In this document: in pieces, positions 41,368 to 49,595 of the stretch | Position numbering within the stretch: position 1 is the first letter of the stretch | How the letters are laid out: every line of letters begins with the position of its first letter | DNA from: Holosporaceae bacterium | GTDB taxonomy: Bacteria; Pseudomonadota; Alphaproteobacteria; UBA3830 | Direction: 5' to 3' | DNA: 59,179 nucleotides | NCBI GenBank assembly: GCA_031282425.1 | Contig: JAITDT010000024.1 | Coordinates: 1 to 59,179 of the forward strand | Position numbers and translations under genes: made by a program | The notes under the pieces: generated by a model | Databases searched by the model: none | The model's input: the letters and a program-made list of their open reading frames with translations, nothing else | What the model was told of the DNA's origin: nothing

Positions 41368-41395
41368 CACCCACCACCACCCCACCCCACCCCCC
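41368..41395. repeat. C-rich block CACCCACCACCACCCCACCCCACCCCCC (G-runs on the minus strand)
   Basis: Read directly. The minus strand is GGGGGGTGGGGTGGGGTGGTGGTGGGTG, i.e. four G-runs of at least 3 with short loops. Confidence 0.9.
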
Positions 41396-41490
41396 AATTA
41401 ACCTCTTCTTCACTTTTTTCTGTCATAATATTCCCAAACAAAATGGACTTAAGATGCGTCTTTTTGCAAAAATTAGTGACTTCCTGACGC

Positions 41491-42435
41491 ATGGGGGGGG
41501 GGGGCAATCACCTCTGGCAGAGGCGGTTCTGGTGCTTAGATTGTCAAGATAATGGCAAGAATCTCGGCAAAATTGCTTTTTTAAGAAAAACCGGTCTCGG
41601 AAATCTTGACAAATTTTTCTCTTTTGAAAAAGCCTGCAATCATTTCAAAAGGCCTCTTTTTCGTTCCATAAAGTTCTTTTTTCGGCATGGAAATTTCCAG
41701 CTGCAGAAAAAATCCTCCGGCGCGACGCTTGTTGAAAATGCGCTCGTCGTTGCCTTGGTGATTATTGCCGCTGTCGGTGGTTTGAGTTACATCGGACTAG
41801 CCGTACAGGATCGTCTTGACATATTGGCGGGAGTTACAAATTCTGGAAACGAGGCTAATCAGAAAGCAAAAACGGCATGGGACACATTCTTTGAAGGATT
41901 GCAAAGTATTTTAGATGACGGGGACGGAATAGAGAATCTTCTAAAAGAAGGGAAAGATCTAAAAAAAATACTGGGAGAGAAATTTGATGTATTATTTGAG
42001 GACTTGGCTAAAAATGTAGATCTTGATCAGGCCTGGCCAGAAGAATGGACGCGAATCTCATGTTATGAATCCGCAATCCATGTGAAATATGCCAAGGAAC
42101 CACCAAATGCGCCTCAGACACATCCATCTGAATTTCCTCCCAGCAACGAATATGATGAATACATGACACAAATAGAAGAAGCATATAATAACAACGAGAC
42201 TGCCTTTGATAAAGTAGCAGCTCTTGTAATGATAAAACTTGCTATTGAAGCAGAACCGGATGATAGTCCTTTATTTTACGAATATCACACCACTGATAGT
42301 AATGGAAATGAGTATTATATTGGCCGAGAGTTCAGCATTCTCGGATCATATTTGGATTGTTACATCTACAAAGCATATCATCCAGAGTGGGAGATATCTG
42401 ATCCAGAGCCGTATCCACCAACAACAGTTAAGTAA
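41491..42435 (+). CDS. large protein with Flp/TadE-type prepilin-like segment; start codon fused to a G12 tract
   Basis: ...QLQKKSSG|ATLVENALVVALVIIAAVGGLSYIG has Gly, then Glu at +5, then a hydrophobic helix. An acidic ~235-aa domain follows. The only in-frame ATG/GTG/TTG upstream of this segment is ATG 41491. Confidence 0.55.
   Translation: MGGGGNHLWQRRFWCLDCQDNGKNLGKIAFLRKTGLGNLDKFFSFEKACNHFKRPLFRSIKFFFRHGNFQLQKKSSGATLVENALVVALVIIAAVGGLSYIGLAVQDRLDILAGVTNSGNEANQKAKTAWDTFFEGLQSILDDGDGIENLLKEGKDLKKILGEKFDVLFEDLAKNVDLDQAWPEEWTRISCYESAIHVKYAKEPPNAPQTHPSEFPPSNEYDEYMTQIEEAYNNNETAFDKVAALVMIKLAIEAEPDDSPLFYEYHTTDSNGNEYYIGREFSILGSYLDCYIYKAYHPEWEISDPEPYPPTTVK
41493..41504. repeat. G12 homopolymer beginning at the G of ATG 41491
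   Basis: Counted directly: ATGGGGGGGGGGGGCAAT. Confidence 0.95.
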
Positions 42436-42653
42436 TTTACCGTCTAAAGTCAGAAGTGCGCTTTGAAGCGATTGAGGATGAACTCTTCTTTTCATCCCAT
42501 ATCTGGCGAGACTGCATCGAAAAAAATCAAATACTATTCAAAATCAGAAAAAACATTGCGACTTTCTGTTGCTCTCGTCGTTCGTAAAAAATTACTCCCC
42601 TTATAGAACGATTCTCCAAAATTTTATATTACCCGATGAAAATTAAAAAATGC

Positions 42654-43085
42654 CTAGGATAGAATTCTCTGCAATATCCAGGATGAGGAATTGGCCTTAA
42701 AATTGCCTCCCACGCCAAATTCTAACGTTATATTACACTCTTGGCATACTGGCGCTTCCGGAATATTTTCACTGGTGCGGTCTCCGCCATTGGCAAAAAC
42801 GAGCTCATCTTGAGGATATTTTTCTCGAACTTTACGAATTCCGCAGCAAGCCGAATTGTCGGAATCATCGAAGCTCAATACGTCTATTATACCTTTAATG
42901 TTAGAACAAATAACCTCTCGAGTGTGGTAGCTCATGAAATTCTTGCCTTTTTTCCGACACAACCATTCATCGGAGTTCAGCAGCAGTATTACACCGTCGG
43001 ATTGGCAAGCAGCGGAACGAATCATTTCAATGTGCCCTTCGTGAAGAGGATCAAATCCGCCACTCACTATATAGTACTTATTCAT
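42654..43085 (-). CDS. cytidylyltransferase-family nucleotidyltransferase (RfaE domain II / TagD-like)
   Basis: YIVSGGFDPLHEGHIEMI is the (H/T)xGH nucleotidyltransferase motif; 143 aa. Confidence 0.7.
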   Translation of the reverse strand: MNKYYIVSGGFDPLHEGHIEMIRSAACQSDGVILLLNSDEWLCRKKGKNFMSYHTREVICSNIKGIIDVLSFDDSDNSACCGIRKVREKYPQDELVFANGGDRTSENIPEAPVCQECNITLEFGVGGNFKANSSSWILQRILS

Positions 43086-44250
43086 ATCTTTCTTTCAGAA
43101 TTCTCATAACCTCATCCGGACCGGTTACGGCGATAACTTCGGCATTCTCTAAATCATGCAGTCGCCGCGCCAGCGTGTAATCGTTGCCTCCTCGCTCTGT
43201 GCGGTCTCCAAAAAAGACTATTTTTTCCGTTTTATACGTACGGCGCAAGTGATCGGCAACTTGCTCTTTTCCCAAACCGCGCTGAACGATATCTATGCTG
43301 ATATTTCCTCCGACGGAAATATCATATTGCGGATAATCTGTGGATAATTCCAAAGCAATTTTTTCGCGCTCTCGATTGTCATTATCCCAATCATTATATT
43401 TTATCCGGGCTTCATGGGGACAATCGCGCCCAAGCACGCTGAAATTAATCATACCCCGCCTTCTTTCCAGATAATTTGGGTAAAGTTCCCCTTGATAGGC
43501 GGTGCTGTTGCGATAATGTTCCAACTTTTCCAATAACTTCTGTTCGGGATTAAAGTCATTCTTATATATTAAATTTCCCCTTTCATAAAATTCATTTCCC
43601 ATAGATGCATAAATACCCGCGACGCCACTGATTATCGCCTTTGGAAGTTGCTCTAATATTTTCTTATAATCAGATCCAGATACTATATAAAAAACTCTGT
43701 TCGATATGAATTTTTCCAAAAAAGCCGAAAAATCTTCACTCATTGGAAGACGAGCCGGCGTTAATGTGCCGTCCATATCCGCTAGAAATATGATCGATGC
43801 GCTGTCACGGCAGCATCGGCCATATAAATCCTCATAGCGAACAATATCATCCTCGTCCAAAATTTCTCCATATTGAGTCTCCTGAACAGTTAAGGATTCG
43901 CTGCCGGCGTTTTTTAATCGATGACGTGCACGCGCCGGAATCTCCGCAAACTCCGACGGTCTCAAAACACTAATAGAATCGCCGACTTCCACTTCCGCGA
44001 TTCCGGAAATAACCTCCCAACGTTCGGAGCGATGTTCATGAGATTGTAGCGACAAACTTGCGCTTTCTTCAACAACTATCGTCTTTTTTATAAAACCGTC
44101 GCCTACTTCGTTAACATGCCAGTAGCCCCAAGGTCTTTTCCCTACATCTCCTTTTTTATATATCATAAAATCGTCTTTTATATGATTAATTATATCTTGG
44201 CGCTGCATAGAAAGACAAGTGCAAAAGCTTAATCTTGAATATTCGAGCAT
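43078..44250 (-). CDS. fusion protein: cupin (type II mannose-6-phosphate isomerase-like) plus HAD-IIB eukaryotic-type phosphomannomutase-like domain
   Basis: N-terminal half: RPWGYW...SLQSHEHRSERWEVISGIAEVEVGD (cupin). C-terminal half: FLADMDGTLTPAR (DxDxT), YIVSGSDYKKILEQL and FFGDRTERGGNDYTL. Start uncertain. Confidence 0.65.
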   Translation of the reverse strand: MLEYSRLSFCTCLSMQRQDIINHIKDDFMIYKKGDVGKRPWGYWHVNEVGDGFIKKTIVVEESASLSLQSHEHRSERWEVISGIAEVEVGDSISVLRPSEFAEIPARARHRLKNAGSESLTVQETQYGEILDEDDIVRYEDLYGRCCRDSASIIFLADMDGTLTPARLPMSEDFSAFLEKFISNRVFYIVSGSDYKKILEQLPKAIISGVAGIYASMGNEFYERGNLIYKNDFNPEQKLLEKLEHYRNSTAYQGELYPNYLERRRGMINFSVLGRDCPHEARIKYNDWDNDNREREKIALELSTDYPQYDISVGGNISIDIVQRGLGKEQVADHLRRTYKTEKIVFFGDRTERGGNDYTLARRLHDLENAEVIAVTGPDEVMRILKERYE

Positions 44251-44396
44251 GAATTTAATGATTGTCTATCAAATGTAGAAATATTCATTGGTATTGCTTT
44301 ATATGAATAACGGGCGTTATAGAATAAACGGGAATATGAAATAAGAAATTCTCGGCAATATGATATGCTTCCATTATCTATTACCGAGATATAATT

Positions 44397-46334
44397 ATGG
44401 ACGCATTCTCTGTTCTTCCGATTGGGCCGTTTGAGCATGGATATCTGTATCTATCGGCGGAAAATTTGCAGGTTGGCGATGTGGTAGAAATTCCTTTGAG
44501 ACAACGCAACATCGTTGGCATTGTCACAGACGAAAATATAGAAACATCCCGAGAACTCAAGACCATATCCCGAATCTTTGGTTTTAATATTGGAAAGACA
44601 AATTATGATTTTCTAAAGTGGGTTTCGGACTATACTATGATTCCCCGTGGTCACGTGTTGAAAATGATGCTGGGAGAAAGGAGCTTATTCAATCGTCAAA
44701 AAAAAGACTGTTCAAAACCTTTCGACAGAATCGTCGCATCTTTTCAAGAAATCAATCTAAATCTGAGCCAATTAGTGGCCTATCAAAGAATTATCAAAAG
44801 CGGAGCAAGGCCTTTTCTGCTGAAAGGAGTAACTGGATCTGGAAAAACAGAGGTATATCTGGCGGCAGTAAAAGACATTTTACAACAAAATAAGCAAGCG
44901 TTAATTTTATTTCCGGAAATTGCCTTAACTCAACAGATAGTTAGGCGCATAGAGAAATATTTTGGTTTCGCTCCCATCGTTTGGAATTCCAATACAACGC
45001 CAAAAAACAAAAGAATGACGTGGCTTAGAGCGATTTCTGGAGAATCTTGCATTGTAGTTGGAGCGCGATCAGCGTTGTTTGTTCCATTTAAAAACCTCGG
45101 AATGATAGTGGTTGACGAAGAACACGACTCTTCCTATAAGCAAGAGGAGGGTGTATTTTATAATGCTCGCGATATGGCAGTTGTTCGCGGACATTTGCAA
45201 AAAATTCCGGTAATTCTGTCTTCTGCTACTCCATCTTTAGAGAGTTATGTGAATGCCCAGAAAGAAAAATATGGGCACGCATTTTTGGAAGATAGATTCG
45301 GGTCGTCAAAGATTCCTCCCATTAATTTGATAGATATGAGACAGAATAAGTTTAAGGGATTCATATCCCCCGTCCTTTTAGAGGAAATTAAATCCACTTT
45401 ATCTAGAAAGGAGCAGTCGTTAATTTATTTAAATAGACGTGGATATTCTCCGATTACTTTATGCAGATCCTGCGGAGCCAAGGTTTCCTGTCCGAATTGT
45501 TCCACCTGGCTTGTTTACCATAGAAAGCATGATAAACTAATATGTCATTATTGTAATCATCATATAAACGTTCCATCCAGCTGCCTTAGTTGCGGCTCCG
45601 CCGATTCTTATATTCCGTTTGGCCCGGGAATTGAGAGAATTTTTGAAGAACTTCATGAAAAAATTCCCCATGCACGCATTGAAATAGCATCTTCCGATAC
45701 GATTTCGTCCGACAAAGATATCGAGGGCTTGTTTGATAAAATCAACAAAAACGAAGTCGATGTGATGATAGGAACGCAAATTTTAGCTAAAGGTCATCAT
45801 TTTCCTAATATTACTCTTGTGGGTGTGGCGGATGGGGATTTAGGGTTGAACGGTGCCGACATGCGAGCATCTGAAAAAACCTATCAGCTGGTAAGTCAAG
45901 TTACCGGCCGAGCTGGACGCTCTGAAAAGCCGGGGAAAATCCTTATACAAACATTTGATCCGGAGCATCCTTTGTACGCTGCATTAAAATCCGATAATCC
46001 GGAGCATTTCATAAAGCTCGAGATAGAATCGCGAAAAAATAATGAATTACCGCCTTTTTGCAAATTTATAGCCATTATAGTTTCCGGAACAAATCGAGAA
46101 TTGACAGGACAAGTTGCCGAAAATTTGGGCAGATCATGTCCACCCAATCTGCAAATGTTTGGTCCAGCTCCGGCTCCATTTTTTTTGCTTCGTGGCAGGA
46201 CAAGATGGAGATTTTTATTGAAAACATCAAAAAAAAATTCTATAAACGAGGTCATAAAATGCTGGATATCTTCAGTAAGAATACCAAAAAACATTAAAAT
46301 ACAAATAGATATCGATCCTATTAGTTTTTTTTGA
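44397..46334 (+). CDS. priA: primosomal replication-restart helicase PriA
   Basis: Walker A GVTGSGKTEVY, VVDEEHDSSYKQ (DExH), and Cys-rich zinc fingers CRSCGAKVSCPNC...CHYC...CLSCGS. Confidence 0.95.
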   Translation: MDAFSVLPIGPFEHGYLYLSAENLQVGDVVEIPLRQRNIVGIVTDENIETSRELKTISRIFGFNIGKTNYDFLKWVSDYTMIPRGHVLKMMLGERSLFNRQKKDCSKPFDRIVASFQEINLNLSQLVAYQRIIKSGARPFLLKGVTGSGKTEVYLAAVKDILQQNKQALILFPEIALTQQIVRRIEKYFGFAPIVWNSNTTPKNKRMTWLRAISGESCIVVGARSALFVPFKNLGMIVVDEEHDSSYKQEEGVFYNARDMAVVRGHLQKIPVILSSATPSLESYVNAQKEKYGHAFLEDRFGSSKIPPINLIDMRQNKFKGFISPVLLEEIKSTLSRKEQSLIYLNRRGYSPITLCRSCGAKVSCPNCSTWLVYHRKHDKLICHYCNHHINVPSSCLSCGSADSYIPFGPGIERIFEELHEKIPHARIEIASSDTISSDKDIEGLFDKINKNEVDVMIGTQILAKGHHFPNITLVGVADGDLGLNGADMRASEKTYQLVSQVTGRAGRSEKPGKILIQTFDPEHPLYAALKSDNPEHFIKLEIESRKNNELPPFCKFIAIIVSGTNRELTGQVAENLGRSCPPNLQMFGPAPAPFFLLRGRTRWRFLLKTSKKNSINEVIKCWISSVRIPKNIKIQIDIDPISFF

Positions 46335-46434
46335 AATTAACCCATTATAAATAAATTTATTATACTCTTTAGTGGTGCAAAGTATTAGAGCTGCGATTCC
46401 ATCGTAGCTCCAGTTTAGATTTGAAGGTATCGTA

Positions 46435-48495
46435 ATGGTAGAAAGCACGCAGCATGTATTAGATAGAGTCCGTTCTCCTCGAGTACAAATCACCTATGAC
46501 GTGGAGATAGGGAATGCTATAGTTATGAAGGAGTTACCCTTTGTTATAGGAGCGCTAATCGATTTATCAGGCATGCCGGTGGATCCGTTGCCTCCCATTA
46601 AACTTAGAAAATTTGTGGAAGTGGATAGGGACAATCTTCCGGACTTCATGATATCAATCAATCCACGCTTAGCTATACAGGTAAAAGACACGCTGGAAGA
46701 TGGATCAGAGGATCTGAATGCAGAGTTGTTTTTCAAGCATATGGATGACTTCGGTCCCATTAGTATTGCTCGGCAGGTGCCCAAATTAAATAAAATATAT
46801 TCTTCACGCATAAAATTAAACGATTTGGTGGTAAAGCTGGAAGGGAATGATCCTCTTCAGCAGTGCGTAAAAGATATCGTTGCAGATGCCGGATTAAAAG
46901 CCGCTTTAAAAGCCCAAATTGACGCTGTTTTAAAGGCTAACAAACAGTCAATTACGGCGGACTTCGCCACTGCCCAAACGCCGAATGGCGTCGCCCCTCC
47001 GCCGTCAGGAGGCGGAGCTACCGCTGCCGGCGCGCCTCCTGCCGCTGACGCTCCAAAAATGAATCGAGAAATCCTGAAAGAAATGTTTGTGGGCGGTAAA
47101 CTTGCGCGAGATCCATCGGCGGAAGTATATGCGTGCAGCATACTACTGGAGCTACTTCTTAAAATTGAGGAAACGAAGGTAACTGTGATGAAAAATCCTC
47201 TTGCCTTTGTGGAAAAGGCGGTGGCAGACATCGACGCTATACTGAGCGCTCAAATTAACGAGATCCTACATAATCAGGCGTTTCAGGAACTCGAGGGTAC
47301 ATGGCGGGCGTTGCACTATTTAATAATGAATACAGAAACCAGCACTCAATTAAAAATAAGAGTGATGAACGCGACGAAAAAAGATTTGCTGGACGATCTG
47401 GAAAACGCCGTCGAGTTTGATCAAAGTCAGCTATTTAAAAAAGTATATGAAGAAGAGTACGGTACTTTTGGTGGCCATCCTTATTCCTGCCTCATTGGCG
47501 GATACGAATTTACGCGTCATCCGCAAGATATATTACTACTGGAGAAAATTTCCAATGTTGCTGCTGCTGCGCACGCTCCATTTATCGCCGCGGCTCATCC
47601 GCGCATGTTCGATATGGAAAGTTTCACGCATCTTGCCGGACCGCGTGATATATCAAAAATCTTTGAAAGTACGGAAATGATCAAGTGGAGGTCTTTCCGG
47701 GATAGCGAAGATTCCAGATACGCAGCGCTGGTGCTGCCGCGGGTACTTATGAGATTGCCCTATGGGCCGGATACATTACCCGTCGATGGTATGAGTTATG
47801 TGGAATCCATAGATGGCAATGATAATTCGCAATTTTGCTGGGGAAATGCAGCCTTTGTTTTGGCTCAACGAATTGGTTATGCGGTTTCGCTGTATAAATG
47901 GCCCGCCGCCATTCGCGGCGTTGAGGGTGGTGGACTGGTGGAGGAACTGCCGGCTTACACATTTAAAACCACCGACGGCGATATCGCGCTAAAATGTCCA
48001 ACAGAAATAGCCATTACCGATCGTCGGGAAAAAGAATTGACAGATATGGGGTTTTTGGCAATTTGCCATAGTAAAGGAACTGACTTCGCCGCCTTTTTCG
48101 GCGGGCAAACTACCCAGAAACCCAAGGTCTATAATACAGATGATGCCAATGCGAACGCTGCACTGAGCGCACGGCTACCGTACTTGCTAGCAGCGTCCAG
48201 ATTTGCTCATTACATAAAGGCGATCATGCGCGATAAAATTGGGGCTTTTCTGACGAAGGACAATGTCTCTTCCTATCTTAATAATTGGATAGCCAATTAT
48301 GTTCTATTAAACGATTCTGCCAGCCAGGATCTCAAGGCTAAATTTCCGCTACGGGAAGCTCGAATAGACGTATTCGATATTCCGGGTAAGCCGGGATCCT
48401 ATAAGGCGACTATATTTTTGAGGCCGCACTTCCAATTGGAAGAGCTGACGGCGTCCATAAGATTGGTGGCCAGTTTGCCGCCACCGGCCAAGTAA
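46435..48495 (+). CDS. tssBC: type VI secretion contractile sheath, TssB (VipA) and TssC (VipB) fused in one polypeptide
   Basis: aa 1-~170 carry TssB blocks: RVQITYDVE, ELPFVIGALIDLSG, RKFVEVDRDNLPDF, ELFFKHMDDFGPISIARQVPKL. Then a P/A/G linker GVAPPPSGGGATAAGAPPAADAP. Then TssC blocks: ILHNQAFQELEGTWRALHYL, YGTFGGHPYSCLIGGYEF, AAAAHAPFIAAAHP, LVLPRVLMRLPYG, LRPHFQLEELTASIRLV. Confidence 0.85.
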   Translation: MVESTQHVLDRVRSPRVQITYDVEIGNAIVMKELPFVIGALIDLSGMPVDPLPPIKLRKFVEVDRDNLPDFMISINPRLAIQVKDTLEDGSEDLNAELFFKHMDDFGPISIARQVPKLNKIYSSRIKLNDLVVKLEGNDPLQQCVKDIVADAGLKAALKAQIDAVLKANKQSITADFATAQTPNGVAPPPSGGGATAAGAPPAADAPKMNREILKEMFVGGKLARDPSAEVYACSILLELLLKIEETKVTVMKNPLAFVEKAVADIDAILSAQINEILHNQAFQELEGTWRALHYLIMNTETSTQLKIRVMNATKKDLLDDLENAVEFDQSQLFKKVYEEEYGTFGGHPYSCLIGGYEFTRHPQDILLLEKISNVAAAAHAPFIAAAHPRMFDMESFTHLAGPRDISKIFESTEMIKWRSFRDSEDSRYAALVLPRVLMRLPYGPDTLPVDGMSYVESIDGNDNSQFCWGNAAFVLAQRIGYAVSLYKWPAAIRGVEGGGLVEELPAYTFKTTDGDIALKCPTEIAITDRREKELTDMGFLAICHSKGTDFAAFFGGQTTQKPKVYNTDDANANAALSARLPYLLAASRFAHYIKAIMRDKIGAFLTKDNVSSYLNNWIANYVLLNDSASQDLKAKFPLREARIDVFDIPGKPGSYKATIFLRPHFQLEELTASIRLVASLPPPAK

Positions 48496-48547
48496 TCGGC
48501 GGTCTTTGGGTGAATGTTTTAAAACGTGGTTTTGTTGGAGGTGTTAG

Positions 48548-49138
48548 ATGAGCAGCAATAATAGAGGATTTGAAATGTTTAGCCAAATTCAAAGGCCTGA
48601 CATGCTTGGCAAAAGCGATGAAAGCCTTAATGCACCGAGTGGAGCCTCAAAAACTCCCCAATGGGTTATTGGAACGGATGATGATACCGGTATTTTTGAT
48701 AGCGATATGGACGGCGATTTTGCCAAAATGGCTGTGGTCCTCTGGATAGTATTCGGAGGCGCTCGATTAGCAACATACGACTCCTCAGGACAGCAATCCG
48801 GAGACGGAAAAATAGTCAATCGCGACGTTGTCGTATGTATGAAATTTGGAGACTACGGTCCGCCTCTTCAGCAATGGATGTTTTCTGGGAAAAAAATTAC
48901 CACTATTACCATAAAAAGGGTAATTAGCGTAAACGGCACGCTCGTGGTGATCCAGGAATTAACCTACGGAACGTGCGTCATAAAGACCTACGAGCAAAAT
49001 GGCGACATTATTACGTTTACATTTACTTTTGTCACCTATACCGACATGAGTCTAGCCTACGATCATGACGGAACGCTAGTCGGACGTGTTGGAATGTCAT
49101 ATGACGCTGCTAAAATTACGGTAGCCGCTGTATCTTAA
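48548..49138 (+). CDS. hcp: divergent Hcp (TssD)-like tube protein with N-terminal extension
   Basis: GGAGG lies 9 nt upstream. The C-terminal ~130 aa (VVVCMKFGDYGPPLQQWMFSGKKITTITIKRV...LTYGTCVIKTYEQNGD..ITFTFTFVTYTDMSLAYDHDGTLVG) follow the Hcp pattern: K-x-x-D-x-x-SP-x-L-like block, then G-x-x-(I/L) and alternating beta-strands. It sits directly downstream of the sheath gene. Confidence 0.55.
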   Translation: MSSNNRGFEMFSQIQRPDMLGKSDESLNAPSGASKTPQWVIGTDDDTGIFDSDMDGDFAKMAVVLWIVFGGARLATYDSSGQQSGDGKIVNRDVVVCMKFGDYGPPLQQWMFSGKKITTITIKRVISVNGTLVVIQELTYGTCVIKTYEQNGDIITFTFTFVTYTDMSLAYDHDGTLVGRVGMSYDAAKITVAAVS

Positions 49139-49140
49139 TT

Positions 49141-49443
49141 TTGCAGCAGCTACATATATCCACACCTATTTTCACATCGGAGCCGGCTACGAAATTAGCG
49201 AAAGTTCAGCCTATAAAACGATCAAATGGGTTGAGGACACGCTGGCGTCCGAGTTTTGCATTGCCAGGAAAGAAAGCTCCCATTCTTGAGGAGAGCTTTA
49301 TTAATGAGAGCTTTCTTCCTGCGACCTTCATGCTTGTTTGATGCCTCCAAAATCACAACCATTTCCCGGAACGTTTATGGCTTCACTCCTGTTAAACGAC
49401 GAAATTCTTCCTCTGATAAATTCTTAAGATACTCATACCTCAT
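49141..49443. mobile_element. relics of an IS5-like (HTH_Tnp_4/DDE_Tnp_4-type) transposase gene in two orientations
   Basis: Plus strand: TYFHIGAGYEISESSAYKTIKWVEDTLAS, then after a frameshift FALPGKKA. Minus strand from 49443: MRYEYLKNLSEEEFRRLTGVKP*TFREMVVILEA. These match the N-terminal HTH part of this transposase type. Confidence 0.6.
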
Positions 49444-49595
49444 CGACTCCCTCCAAAACTACACTTCTCATTAGGCTTATAACATTAACTCCGTTTCGAA
49501 AGAAGTCTATTTCAAGAATCTTCGTGTAAAAGTATTAATGATTGAAGAAAAACCGCTTCAACAAAAAATATTGCAATTTTTTTTGACTTTTTCTC

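Noticed and set aside
916-41472. A 12-nt palindrome TTTTTGCAAAAA lies 10-20 nt from two G tracts (916-927 and 41461-41472). An ATTGCAAT palindrome lies next to the 38.6-kb G12 tract (38528-38535 and 38582-38589) and next to the T13 promoter (49570-49577). I considered a shared operator for the phase-variable loci.
   Set aside because: The same 12-mer also occurs inside the permease coding region (38088-38099). A 10-nt version occurs inside dnaJ (about 19339-19348), and similar T-run/GC/A-run strings are frequent elsewhere. The pattern is probably compositional. Proper enrichment statistics would be needed before claiming a motif.
41271-41507. N-terminal extension of the secB ORF (MPPPPMRQ...WGVGWGGGG...).
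   Set aside because: SecB homology begins at ATG 41270, which has a GGAG RBS. The extension merely translates the C-rich/G-tract intergenic DNA. Similar spurious 5' extensions were trimmed for greA (2876-2956), the exonuclease (40820-41035), the oxidoreductase (30362-30472) and the methyltransferase (27948-27995).
42476-42497. A hairpin GGATGAA-N8-TTCATCC after the 41.5-kb Flp-like gene, considered as a terminator.
   Set aside because: No U-tract follows and the stem is AT-rich, so the evidence is too weak to call.
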